Shown: in pieces, positions 52,769 to 64,000 of the stretch
Layout of the letters: every line of letters starts with the position of its first letter
Position numbering within the stretch: position 1 is the first letter of the stretch
Origin: an uncultured Pelagibacteraceae bacterium
GTDB taxonomy: Bacteria > Pseudomonadota > Alphaproteobacteria > Pelagibacterales > Pelagibacteraceae
DNA length: 64,000 nt
Assembly: GCA_902604265.1 (NCBI GenBank)
Contig: CACKXX010000001.1
Span: forward strand, 2,628-66,627
Direction: 5' to 3'
Notes under the pieces: model-generated
Databases searched by the model: none
Told to the model about the DNA's origin: nothing
Seen by the model: the letters and a program-made list of their open reading frames with translations, nothing else
Translations under genes and position numbers: made by a program

Positions 52769-53523
52769 AAAATATTTTAAATAAAAAGTTGGTTGAAAGA
52801 TATTCTAGACAAATAGTTTTAAAAAATGTTGGGCCATTAGGACAAAAAAAAATAATAAATTCAAAAGTTCTAGTAGTTGGAGCAGGAGGATTAGGTTGCC
52901 CTGTAATTGATTATTTAAGTAGGGCAGGTGTTGGTAATATTGGGGTTGTGGATAACGATAAAGTAAATATTTCTAATATTCATAGACAGTCAATTTATAG
53001 TTCTAAAGATATAGGAAAGTTTAAAGTTAATGTTGTAAAAAGAAAGATTAAATTGATTAACCCACAAGTCAATATAAAAACTTTTAGGGTTAGAATTGAA
53101 AAAAAAAATATTGAAAAAATATTAAAAAATTATCATTTTATTATTGATGGATCTGATAATTTTAAAACTAAATTTTTATTAAATGAATACTCCTTAAAAT
53201 ATAAAAAAGTTTTAATTGTGGGTGCAATTAGTAAAATGGATGGACATATTTTTACTTTTAATTTTAAAAATAAAAAAGAAACATGTCTTAAATGCTTTTA
53301 TCAAAGTGAGCCCTCGGACGAAATATTAAATTGTGAATATGAAGGTATATTGGGACCTGTGGCAGGAATAGTTGGTAATATTCAAGCAATAGAAGTTTTA
53401 AAGAAAATTTTGAATTTAAGCAAAGAATCAAATAATAAAATCTTAATTTTAGATTTACTTAATTTAAATTTTAGAAAAGTGCAGTTTAATAAAAAAAAAA
53501 GTTGTATATGCAAAAATTTTTAA
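52765..53523 (+). CDS. MoeB/ThiF-family adenylyltransferase
   Basis: RYSRQI, GAGGLG, SNIHRQ, DGSDNF and CLKC. Confidence 0.92.
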   Translation: MKNILNKKLVERYSRQIVLKNVGPLGQKKIINSKVLVVGAGGLGCPVIDYLSRAGVGNIGVVDNDKVNISNIHRQSIYSSKDIGKFKVNVVKRKIKLINPQVNIKTFRVRIEKKNIEKILKNYHFIIDGSDNFKTKFLLNEYSLKYKKVLIVGAISKMDGHIFTFNFKNKKETCLKCFYQSEPSDEILNCEYEGILGPVAGIVGNIQAIEVLKKILNLSKESNNKILILDLLNLNFRKVQFNKKKSCICKNF

Positions 53524-53951
53524 TAATAATATTTTTTTTATTATTAAACTCGTCTAGCGTTGTATCTAAAGAAAATAATTATTTCCTTTCTTTAAAAAAA
53601 AATAAAGTTTATGTCAGATATGGTCCAGGTAAAAATTATCCCATAAAATATATTTATAAGAAAAAATTTTTACCAATTAAAGTAATTGATAAAAAAGATA
53701 ATTTTAGAAGAATAATAGATCATAAAAAAAATAGTGGTTGGATACATCGAATTATGCTTAGAAAACTCAATTCATTGATTATTCTTGAAGAAAAAATTGT
53801 TTTCAAAAAAAATAGTAAATTTTCAAAACCTTTAGTAAAATTAGAAAAAGGGAGGTTAGTAATTATAAAAAAGTGTGAAGTTAATTGGTGTAAAATTGAA
53901 ACTGGAAATTATTCTGGATGGATTGATACAAAAAATGTTTGGGGAATTTAA
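53502..53951 (+). CDS. Secreted bacterial SH3-domain protein
   Basis: Signal peptide, VRYGPG-YPI and two GWI motifs; the start may be 53508. Confidence 0.85.
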   Translation: MYMQKFLIIIFFLLLNSSSVVSKENNYFLSLKKNKVYVRYGPGKNYPIKYIYKKKFLPIKVIDKKDNFRRIIDHKKNSGWIHRIMLRKLNSLIILEEKIVFKKNSKFSKPLVKLEKGRLVIIKKCEVNWCKIETGNYSGWIDTKNVWGI

Positions 53952-56230
<2,279 letters not shown>

Positions 56231-56292
56231 TACAGCAGAATTGTCTCAATTCGATTTTTATACAATTTAAAAATTTTGTAATATTTTTGAGA

Positions 56293-56709
56293 TTAATTAC
56301 TATTTTCAATTTTAACTAAAACTTCTATAGAATTAATTTTTTTCCCGGGTATTCTTTTTTTTATCTTAATATTATGAACATCCTCATTTTTTAAATCTAT
56401 AAGTTCATTAGTATTTACATCAAGAAAATGATGGTGATTTGAAGTGTTTGTATCAAAATAACTTTTTTCTCTATCAACTGATATTTCTTTTAAATATCCT
56501 TTTTCTTTAAATGAATGGACTGTATTGTATATAGTGGCTAAGGAAATTTTTTCATAAGTTTGTTTTTTTAAAATTTTAAAAATATCACTAATTGTAAAAT
56601 GAAAAGTTTTTTTTCTATTAAATAATAATTTGCAAATTTTTATTCTTTGTTTGGTTGGTCTTAGCCCGGAAGACCTCAATTTTTCAATAAATATTGTGTT
56701 ATTATCCAT
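56293..56709 (-). CDS. irr: Fur-family regulator, Irr type
   Basis: GLRPTKQR, ISLATIYNT and YFDTNTSNHHHF; divergent from fabA as in the alphaproteobacterial irr-fabA-fabB-fabI arrangement. Confidence 0.85.
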   Translation of the reverse strand: MDNNTIFIEKLRSSGLRPTKQRIKICKLLFNRKKTFHFTISDIFKILKKQTYEKISLATIYNTVHSFKEKGYLKEISVDREKSYFDTNTSNHHHFLDVNTNELIDLKNEDVHNIKIKKRIPGKKINSIEVLVKIENSN

Positions 56710-56787
56710 TTTTCGCCAAATTTATAACAAACCTAAAATATTTGTATATTGTAATTTTAATAAATAAAGTATTAAAGATCTATATTT

Positions 56788-57291
56788 ATGGAAAAAAAAT
56801 CATCATATAGTTATAAAGAATTAATTAATTGTGGAAATGGAGAACTTTTTGGGCCTGGAAACGCCAAATTACCTCTTCCTCCAATGCTTATGTTTGATAG
56901 AATAACAGAAGTTAAAGAAGATAATGGCGCTTTCAAAAAAGGCTCTATTACTGCTGAGCTGGATATAAAAGATAATCTTTGGTTTTTTGATTGTCATTTT
57001 AAGGAAGATCCAGTTATGCCTGGATGCCTTGGTCTTGATGCAATGTGGCAGCTAGTAGGGTTTTATCTGGGATGGCTTGGCAATCCTGGGAAAGGAAGGG
57101 CTCTAGGAGTTGGTACTGTAAAGTTTACTGGTGAAGTATTAAAAAGTGTAAAAAAAGCAAAATATATAATTGATATGAAAAAAATTATGTCACCAGGTGG
57201 AACAACAGTTGGTTTGGCAAATGGTATTTTATTAGCTGATGAAAAAAAAATTTATTCAGCGGAAAATTTAAAAGTGGGATTATTTAAATAA
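56788..57291 (+). CDS. fabA: 3-hydroxyacyl-ACP dehydratase/isomerase
   Basis: [12 protein letters not shown] and [19 protein letters not shown]. Confidence 0.97.
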   Translation: MEKKSSYSYKELINCGNGELFGPGNAKLPLPPMLMFDRITEVKEDNGAFKKGSITAELDIKDNLWFFDCHFKEDPVMPGCLGLDAMWQLVGFYLGWLGNPGKGRALGVGTVKFTGEVLKSVKKAKYIIDMKKIMSPGGTTVGLANGILLADEKKIYSAENLKVGLFK

Positions 57292-58502
57292 TGAAAAGGG
57301 TAGTAGTAACTGGTATTGGGATCGTATCTTGTTTAGGAAATAATCAAGAAGAAATTTATAGATCTTTATTAAATTCAAAATCTGGAATTACTTTTTCTGA
57401 GGAATACAAAGAATATAATTTAAAAAGTAATGTTCATGGTAAACCAAATATTAAACTTGAAGATCATGTTGATAGAAAGTTTATAAGATTTATGGGTCCT
57501 GGATCAGCGTACAATTATATTTCTATGGTTGAAGCAGTTAAAGATGCAGGACTAGAAGAAAAAGATGTAAGCAATGTTTCAACTGGAATGATTATGGGAT
57601 CTGGTGGACCATCAATTGCAAATGTTATTTTGGCAGCTGACAAAACAAGAGAAAAAAATCCAAAAAAAATGGGACCATTTGTAGTTCCAAGAACTATGTC
57701 TAGCACTGCATCTGCTACTTTAGCGGTACCTTTTAAAATTAAAGGAGTTAATTACACAATTAGTTCCGCATGTGCAACTAGTGGACATTGTATTGGAAAT
57801 GCAATGGAATTAATCCAACTTGGAAAACAAAATATTATCTTTGCTGGAGGAAGTGATGAAGTTCACTTTGCAATGACTGCCATGTTTGATGCAATGACCG
57901 CTCTATCTTCAAAGTACAATGATACACCAGAAAAAGCATCTAGACCTTACGATAAAACTAGAGATGGTTTTGTTATCTCAGGTGGGGGTGGAGTTGTAGT
58001 TTTAGAAGAATATGAACATGCAAAAGCAAGAGGTGCAAAAATTTATGCTGAGTTAACTGGTTATGGAGCAACTTCAGATGGATATGATATGGTAGCTCCA
58101 TCTGGAGAAGGAGCTGTAAGATGTATGCAAATGGCCTTAAAAACTAGTAAAAATAAAGTTGATTACATAAATACACATGGAACTTCAACACCAGTTGGAG
58201 ATATTACAGAACTAAAAGCTGTTGGAGAAGTTTTTAAAGATAATGTACCTAAAATAAGTTCTACAAAATCTCTTTCAGGTCACTCATTAGGAGCAACTTC
58301 AGTACATGAGGCTATTTATAGTTTGATAATGATGAAAAATAATTTTATTTCAGCTTCAATAAATATTAATGATATGGATGATGAAGCAAAGAAATATCCA
58401 ATAGTTACTAAAGTTGAAAAAGATGTAACTTTGAATTCTATTATGTCTAATAGTTTTGGATTTGGAGGAACTAACGCAACTTTACTTTTTGAAAAGGTTT
58501 AA
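57291..58502 (+). CDS. fabB: Beta-ketoacyl-ACP synthase I
   Basis: [24 protein letters not shown] and [10 protein letters not shown]. Confidence 0.96.
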   Translation: MKRVVVTGIGIVSCLGNNQEEIYRSLLNSKSGITFSEEYKEYNLKSNVHGKPNIKLEDHVDRKFIRFMGPGSAYNYISMVEAVKDAGLEEKDVSNVSTGMIMGSGGPSIANVILAADKTREKNPKKMGPFVVPRTMSSTASATLAVPFKIKGVNYTISSACATSGHCIGNAMELIQLGKQNIIFAGGSDEVHFAMTAMFDAMTALSSKYNDTPEKASRPYDKTRDGFVISGGGGVVVLEEYEHAKARGAKIYAELTGYGATSDGYDMVAPSGEGAVRCMQMALKTSKNKVDYINTHGTSTPVGDITELKAVGEVFKDNVPKISSTKSLSGHSLGATSVHEAIYSLIMMKNNFISASININDMDDEAKKYPIVTKVEKDVTLNSIMSNSFGFGGTNATLLFEKV

Positions 58503-58505
58503 TTT

Positions 58506-59291
58506 ATGAGTTTAATGAAAGGTAAAAAAGGATTAATCATGGGTGTAGCTAATGAAAGATCTATTGCCTGGGGTATTTCACAAAAGTTAGCAGAAGCAGG
58601 AGCTGAATTGGCATTTACTTATCTGGGTGATGCCTTAAAAAAAAGAGTGGTTCCTTTAGCCGAGAAATTAAATTCAAATGTAACATTTAGTTGTGATGTT
58701 GAAAAAAAAGATGAAGTAATAAAACTTTTTGAAGACATAAAATCAAAATGGGGTCAAATTGATTTTGTTGTTCATGCAGTCGCATTTTCAGATAAATCAG
58801 AATTATCAGGTGAATATTTAAATACTACTAGAGAAAATTTTTTAAGAAGTATGCTAATTTCATGCTTTTCATTTACTGAAGTTGCAAAAGAAGCTTCCAA
58901 AGTAATGAATAAAGGAGGAAGTATGCTTACATTAACCTACGAATCTAATAAAGCTATTCCAAATTACAATGTGATGGGAGTTTGTAAGTCTGCACTTGAG
59001 GCAAGTGTTAAATATCTAGCTAGAGATTTAGGGTCAAAAGGAATTAGAGTTAATGCAATAAGTGCTGGACCAATTAAAACTTTAGCGGCATCTGCAATTG
59101 GAGATGCAAAATTTCTTTATAAATGGAATGAGGATCATTCTTTCTTAAAAAGAAATGTAGACATTCATGATGTTGGAAACTCTGCTTTATATTTATTAAG
59201 CGATCTTGGAGGTGGTGTTACTGGTGAAATTCACTATGTAGATGCCGGTTACAATAAAGTAGGAATGCCTGATCCAAAAAATATAACTTAA
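58506..59291 (+). CDS. fabI: Enoyl-ACP reductase
   Basis: GVANERSIAWGI, PNYNVMG-K and ISAGPIKTLAA. Confidence 0.97.
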   Translation: MSLMKGKKGLIMGVANERSIAWGISQKLAEAGAELAFTYLGDALKKRVVPLAEKLNSNVTFSCDVEKKDEVIKLFEDIKSKWGQIDFVVHAVAFSDKSELSGEYLNTTRENFLRSMLISCFSFTEVAKEASKVMNKGGSMLTLTYESNKAIPNYNVMGVCKSALEASVKYLARDLGSKGIRVNAISAGPIKTLAASAIGDAKFLYKWNEDHSFLKRNVDIHDVGNSALYLLSDLGGGVTGEIHYVDAGYNKVGMPDPKNIT

Positions 59292-59295
59292 TTTT

Positions 59296-59409
59296 ATGTC
59301 TAAAAGATACAGTGGTAAATCTTTTAAAGATTCAAGTGTTATGAAAAAAGCAAAACTTTCCTTTAAAGAAAAGAGAAAACTAAAAAGAGAAAAAAAAAAG
59401 AATAAATAA
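59296..59409 (+). CDS. Putative 37-aa basic protein (MSKRYSGKSFKDSSVMKKAKLSFKEKRKLKREKKKNK)
   Basis: Translated by hand. Starts 4 nt after the fabI stop, and its stop overlaps the next ATG (TAATG). Confidence 0.6.
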   Translation: MSKRYSGKSFKDSSVMKKAKLSFKEKRKLKREKKKNK

Positions 59410-59558
59410 TGTTAATATTGGTTTGGTTTGTAGTTTGTATTATATTTTATTTTGTTCAATTTCTTTTAGGAAATTCAGGACATGCACTAGAAGTATTTGC
59501 TGTCTTAAGTGCAATAGCTATCTTTATAATTAGTAAAATTAGATTCAAAATTAAGTAA
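59409..59558 (+). CDS. Putative 49-aa two-TM membrane protein (MLILVWFVVCIIFYFVQFLLGNSGHALEVFAVLSAIAIFIISKIRFKIK)
   Basis: Translated by hand. Two hydrophobic stretches with a GNSGH turn and a basic C-terminus; translationally coupled to the upstream ORF. Confidence 0.55.
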   Translation: MLILVWFVVCIIFYFVQFLLGNSGHALEVFAVLSAIAIFIISKIRFKIK

Positions 59559-59610
59559 TCAGCAACAGCTACAATTTTTTTTATTTTTTAATTTGCTATC
59601 AGTTTTTAAA

Positions 59611-61683
59611 CTAAATTGCTGCTTGTTTGATAGATAGTTTTACTTTACCTCTATCAAAGCCAATAACCTTAACTTTAACTGCATCGCCTTCTTTTACTAC
59701 ATCAGTTACTTTAGCTACTCTTTTATTAGCAAGTTCTGATATATGAACAAGGCCATCTTGTTTACCTAAAAAATTAACAAATGCTCCAAACTCCATAATC
59801 TTTATAACTTTCCCATTATAAATTTTATTCATTTCTGCTTTAGCAGTAAGATCTTTAATAAACTGCATTGCTTTATTTCTCGACTCTTCATCTGGCGCAG
59901 CAACCGTTACAATGCCTTCATCGTTAACATCAACTTTGGCACCTGACTTATCAACTATTTCTCTGATAGTTGCTCCACCTTTTCCAATAACAGTTGCAAT
60001 ATCTTTTTTATCTACAGTTATTTTTTCCATTTTTGGAGTGTGCTTACCAACATCATCTCTTGATTTATTTAAAGCTTTATTCATTTCACCTAAGATGTGA
60101 ATTCTTCCATCTTTGGCTTGTTTTAAAGCTTGTTCCATTATTTCAAATGTAATTCCTGTAATCTTAATATCCATTTGAAGAGATGTAATACCGTCTTTGG
60201 TTCCAGCAACTTTAAAATCCATATCACCTAGATGGTCTTCGTCTCCAAGAATATCTGATAATACACTAAAATCATCACCTTCTTTAATTAAACCCATTGC
60301 AATACCTGCAACCGGTTCTTTTATTGGAACACCGGCATCCATTAATGCTAATGAAGTACCACAAACTGTTGCCATTGATGATGAGCCATTCGATTCTGTA
60401 ATTTCTGACACAATTCTAAATGTGTAAGGAAAACTCTCCTTTGATGGTAAAGATGAATTAATAGCTCTCCATGCTAGTTTACCATGACCAATTTCTCTTC
60501 TTCCTGTTCCGATTCTTCCAATTTCACCAACTGAGAATGGAGGAAAGTTATAATGAAGCATAAACCTTTCCCTTTGAAGGCCTTCTAAACTTTCAATTCT
60601 TTGTTCATCATCTGAAGTTCCAAGTGTAGTTGTTACAATTGCTTGAGTTTCACCTCTAGTAAATAATGCTGAACCATGTGTTCGTGGTAAAATTCCAACC
60701 TCACACATGATAGGTCTTACATCTGAAAGCCCTCTTCCATCGATACGATTTTTATTTTTTAATATATCTGTTCTGACTATTCTTTTTTCTAAATTTTTAA
60801 GTTCAGAGTTTACATCTAAATCTGTAAAATTTTCATTTTCTTCAAATATTTTTTTAGCTTTGTCTGTTATTTCTGATATTAAATTTGATCTTTCTTGTTT
60901 ATCTTTGATTGAAAAAGCTTTTTTTAATTCATCTGTGAACTCATCCTCAATTTTTTTCTTTACTTCGGAAAGATCTTTTTTTTCTAAAACCCAGTCAGTT
61001 TTTTTGCATTCTTTAGCAAGTTCTTCTATCATATTAATTACCGGAACAAAATTTTCATGGCCAAATTTAACTGCATTTAACATTTCTTCTTCAGTTAAAC
61101 CGCTTGCTTCTGACTCAACCATTAAGACTGCATCTTTTGTACCAGCTACAACAAGATCTAATTTTGAATTTTCTAATTCTTTTTTTGATGGATTAAGAAC
61201 ATATTTTCCATCAATATAACCAACTCTAGACGCTGCGATAGGACCCATAAATGGCATCCCTGAAATAGCTAAAGCTGCTGATGAAGCAATGATTGATAAT
61301 ATATCTGCTTCATTTTCTTTATCGTAAGATATTACTGTTGGAAGTAATTGTACTTCATTTTTAAACTCATCTGGAAACAAAGGTCTTATAGGTCTATCAA
61401 TTAACCTTGAAATTAGTGTTTCATTTTCAGTTGGTCTTGCTTCTCTTTTAAAATAACCACCAGGAATTTTTCCTGCTGCATAATATTTTTCTTGATAATT
61501 TACTGACAATGGAAAGTAATCCATATCTGGATTTACTTTTTTTGCACCAACAGCAGTTGCTAAAACAACTGTTTCTCCACATTTTGCAATTATTGCACCA
61601 TCTGCTTGCCTTGCAATTTTACCTGTCTCTAAACTTATTTTCTTTCCCTTTAATTCGATTTCTTTTTTAATTATTTTAAACAT
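59611..61683 (-). CDS. pnp: Polyribonucleotide nucleotidyltransferase
   Basis: [34 protein letters not shown], and KH and S1 domains. Confidence 0.98.
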   Translation of the reverse strand: MFKIIKKEIELKGKKISLETGKIARQADGAIIAKCGETVVLATAVGAKKVNPDMDYFPLSVNYQEKYYAAGKIPGGYFKREARPTENETLISRLIDRPIRPLFPDEFKNEVQLLPTVISYDKENEADILSIIASSAALAISGMPFMGPIAASRVGYIDGKYVLNPSKKELENSKLDLVVAGTKDAVLMVESEASGLTEEEMLNAVKFGHENFVPVINMIEELAKECKKTDWVLEKKDLSEVKKKIEDEFTDELKKAFSIKDKQERSNLISEITDKAKKIFEENENFTDLDVNSELKNLEKRIVRTDILKNKNRIDGRGLSDVRPIMCEVGILPRTHGSALFTRGETQAIVTTTLGTSDDEQRIESLEGLQRERFMLHYNFPPFSVGEIGRIGTGRREIGHGKLAWRAINSSLPSKESFPYTFRIVSEITESNGSSSMATVCGTSLALMDAGVPIKEPVAGIAMGLIKEGDDFSVLSDILGDEDHLGDMDFKVAGTKDGITSLQMDIKITGITFEIMEQALKQAKDGRIHILGEMNKALNKSRDDVGKHTPKMEKITVDKKDIATVIGKGGATIREIVDKSGAKVDVNDEGIVTVAAPDEESRNKAMQFIKDLTAKAEMNKIYNGKVIKIMEFGAFVNFLGKQDGLVHISELANKRVAKVTDVVKEGDAVKVKVIGFDRGKVKLSIKQAAI

Positions 61684-61689
61684 TTACTT

Positions 61690-61938
61690 CTACTTCCTTA
61701 TATTTAATTTTGATATTACGTTCTGATAAGATTCTAGCTTATTTTTTTTTAAATAATCTAATAATTTTTTTCTTCTATTTACTGCTTTTAATAAACCTAC
61801 AGAGGAGTGTTTATCTTTTTTAAATTTTTTTATGTGACTTGATAAATTTTCAATTTTATCAGTCAGCTGTGCTATTTGAACTTCAGAAGATCCTGTATCC
61901 TTATCATGAATAGCTAGTTCTTTACTTTTTTTAGTCAT
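61690..61938 (-). CDS. rpsO: 30S ribosomal protein S15
   Basis: DTGSSEVQIA-LT, KDKHS-GLLK-V-RRKKLLDYL. Confidence 0.96.
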   Translation of the reverse strand: MTKKSKELAIHDKDTGSSEVQIAQLTDKIENLSSHIKKFKKDKHSSVGLLKAVNRRKKLLDYLKKNKLESYQNVISKLNIRK

Positions 61939-61947
61939 TTTTTTTCC

Positions 61948-62313
61948 TTATTTATTTGTTTGTTTTATTAAATTTTCAATTTTTTCAGCATAATCAAAAG
62001 ATTCATCCTTAACAAACAGAAGTTTTGGTAAGTATTTCATAGTTATTTTTTTTGATAAAACTTTTCTAATTACAAATGAAAATTCTTTCAGCTTTTCAAC
62101 TATTTCCTTTGAATTTTTTCCGCCTAAGGGCAATACAAATGCTTTAGCAATTTTAAGGTCTTGGCTCATTCTTACTTCGGTAACAGTTATTTCTCTTGTC
62201 TCTAAATTAGATATCTTTGCTTCTTCTCTTATAAATATCATACCTAAAGCTTGTTTAATCATTTCTCCAACTCTTAATTGTCTTTGTGAAACTGGTTTTC
62301 CTAATTTGCTCAT
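61948..62313 (-). CDS. rbfA: Ribosome-binding factor A
   Basis: RQLRVGE, TVTEVRMSQDLK-AK and PKL-F-DESF. Confidence 0.95.
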   Translation of the reverse strand: MSKLGKPVSQRQLRVGEMIKQALGMIFIREEAKISNLETREITVTEVRMSQDLKIAKAFVLPLGGKNSKEIVEKLKEFSFVIRKVLSKKITMKYLPKLLFVKDESFDYAEKIENLIKQTNK

Positions 62314-62317
62314 AAAA

Positions 62318-64000
62318 TTATATTGTTCTCTCTGTTATCGTTGAATTATATACTTCAATAATATCTTTTTTTTGGAAATCATTAAAATTTTTTATTGTAA
62401 TCCCACATTCTAAGCCTTCAGATACTTGTTTTGCTTGATTTTTTTCTCTAAATATTGAACCAATTTTTCCATTAAAAATAATTGTGCCATCACGTATAAT
62501 TCTAACATTAGAATCTTGTAAGATTTCTCCTTCAATAACTTTTGATCCAGCAACTTTTCCAACTTTTGATACTTTAAATATCTGAAGAATTTCAGCTGAA
62601 CCAATAATTTTTTCTTCTACATCTGGGGTTAGTAAACCTGACATTTTATTTTTAATAAAATCTAATAATTCATAAATAATATTATAAGAATTAATATCTA
62701 TTTTTTCTCTTTCGGCTGCTTTTTTTGCTTCTTTGCTCGGTTTAACATTAAAAGCTATCAAAATAGCATTAGAAGCTTTTGCTAAAGATACATCTGTTTC
62801 TGTAATCATTCCTATATCAGACAAAATTATTTTTGGCTTTACTTCAGCATGTTTTATTTGTGAAATAGCATTTTTGATTGCTTCGGAAGAACCATGAACA
62901 TCAGATTTAATAATTATATTTAACTCTTCTGAAGTCTTGTCTTTAAAAGCTGAGTCTTGTGTTACAAAAGTTAAAGGGTTTTTGCCTGCTTGGTTTTCTT
63001 GAATTCTTGCCTCACATAATGATTTGGCTTCTTTTTCATTTTCCAGAACAAGAAAATCGTCACCAGCTTTTGAGGCACCATTTATACCTAGAACTTCTAT
63101 TGGAGTTGATGGATCTGCTTCATTAATACTTAAGCCTTGATCATTAATTAAAGCTCTTACCTTTCCCCAATGTAATCCACTTACAAAATAATCTCCTTTT
63201 TTCAATGTTCCAGAGGTTACAATTATATTTACTATTGGTCCCCTTCCTACATCAATTTTTGACTCCATTACAACTCCATTTGACTTTAAATCATAATCAG
63301 TTTTTAAATCCAATAATTCAGCCTGTAACAAAACAGATTCGATTAGTTTATCCAAATTTTTCTTAGTTTTAGTTGATATTTCTACCATTAAAGTATCTCC
63401 AGATAACTCTTCAGCTATTAATTCGTGTTCTAATAACTGATTTTTTATTTTTTGCGGATCAGCTTCTGGAAGATCACACTTATTGATTGCTACAACGATT
63501 GGAACTTTTGCAGCCTTTGCATGCTTAATCGATTCAATGGTTTGAGGCTTCACTCCATCATCTGCTGCTATAACTAAGATAACTAGATCAGTTAATTTAG
63601 ATCCTCTTGCTCTCATTTCGGTAAAGGCCGCATGTCCTGGAGTATCAATAAAAGTAATTTTATTTGAATTATAAACTATCTGATATGCACCTAAATGTTG
63701 TGTAATACCTCCAAACTCTCCAGATACAACATTTGTCTTTCTTAAAACATCTAAAACTGAAGTTTTACCATGATCAACATGTCCCATAACTGTAACTATT
63801 GGTGGCCTAATTTTTAAATTTTTTGATTTAATTTCTTTAATTTTTTTTATTTTTTCTTCTGCTTTTTCTTCTTTAATTGGATTATGCCCAAATTCTTGTA
63901 CAAGGTATTCTGCTATATCAGAGTTAATGCTATGATTAATTGTTGCAGTAACTCCCATTGTTAACAAATGTTTAATTAAATTGCTTGACTGTTCAGCCAT
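62318..64000 (-). CDS. infB: Translation initiation factor IF-2 (5' truncated by window edge)
   Basis: RPPIVTVMGHVDHGKTS, GGITQH, DTPGHAAF, NKCD and GLECG. Confidence 0.97.
   Translation of the reverse strand: MAEQSSNLIKHLLTMGVTATINHSINSDIAEYLVQEFGHNPIKEEKAEEKIKKIKEIKSKNLKIRPPIVTVMGHVDHGKTSVLDVLRKTNVVSGEFGGITQHLGAYQIVYNSNKITFIDTPGHAAFTEMRARGSKLTDLVILVIAADDGVKPQTIESIKHAKAAKVPIVVAINKCDLPEADPQKIKNQLLEHELIAEELSGDTLMVEISTKTKKNLDKLIESVLLQAELLDLKTDYDLKSNGVVMESKIDVGRGPIVNIIVTSGTLKKGDYFVSGLHWGKVRALINDQGLSINEADPSTPIEVLGINGASKAGDDFLVLENEKEAKSLCEARIQENQAGKNPLTFVTQDSAFKDKTSEELNIIIKSDVHGSSEAIKNAISQIKHAEVKPKIILSDIGMITETDVSLAKASNAILIAFNVKPSKEAKKAAEREKIDINSYNIIYELLDFIKNKMSGLLTPDVEEKIIGSAEILQIFKVSKVGKVAGSKVIEGEILQDSNVRIIRDGTIIFNGKIGSIFREKNQAKQVSEGLECGITIKNFNDFQKKDIIEVYNSTITERTI

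Overview
A very AT-rich, densely packed alphaproteobacterial chromosome segment. Gene content, gene order and tiny intergenic spacers point to a streamlined SAR11/Pelagibacterales genome (inference, no database search). It is mostly core genes: cobT (partial), regB, gyrB, lepA, pheST, rplT/rpmI/infC/thrS, gltDB, uppP, aceEF, acetoacetyl-CoA ligase, Suv3-like helicase-terB-fdxA-carD, coq7 cluster, argH-lptM-lysA-plsC, dnaA-dnaN, rpsT, mutM, ubiEB-coaBC-dut-moeB, katG-irr, fabABI and infB-rbfA-rpsO-pnp. There are three tRNAs (Ser-GGA, Arg-ACG, Leu-CAA) and a three-gene glycosylation cassette. No CRISPR array, integrase or IS was seen. The most notable observations follow. (1) An unannotated, self-contained transcription unit (TTGACA-17-TAAAAA promoter, 5' hairpin, strong SD, intrinsic terminator) encodes a 24-aa protamine/histone-like peptide, MAKRRKKAAKKKTKKKAKKRRRRR, convergent with a CarD that has a long Lys-rich N-terminal arm. 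(2) In the pyruvate dehydrogenase the lipoyl domain sits on E1 (AceE) and E2 has none. (3) dnaN is broken by an internal deletion plus frameshift, probably an artefact. (4) A near-perfect Irr/ICE operator lies inside a leaderless katG promoter next to irr. (5) Candidate tandem NrdR boxes occur at the helicase and dnaA. (6) Several other small ORFs were missed by the ORF track.
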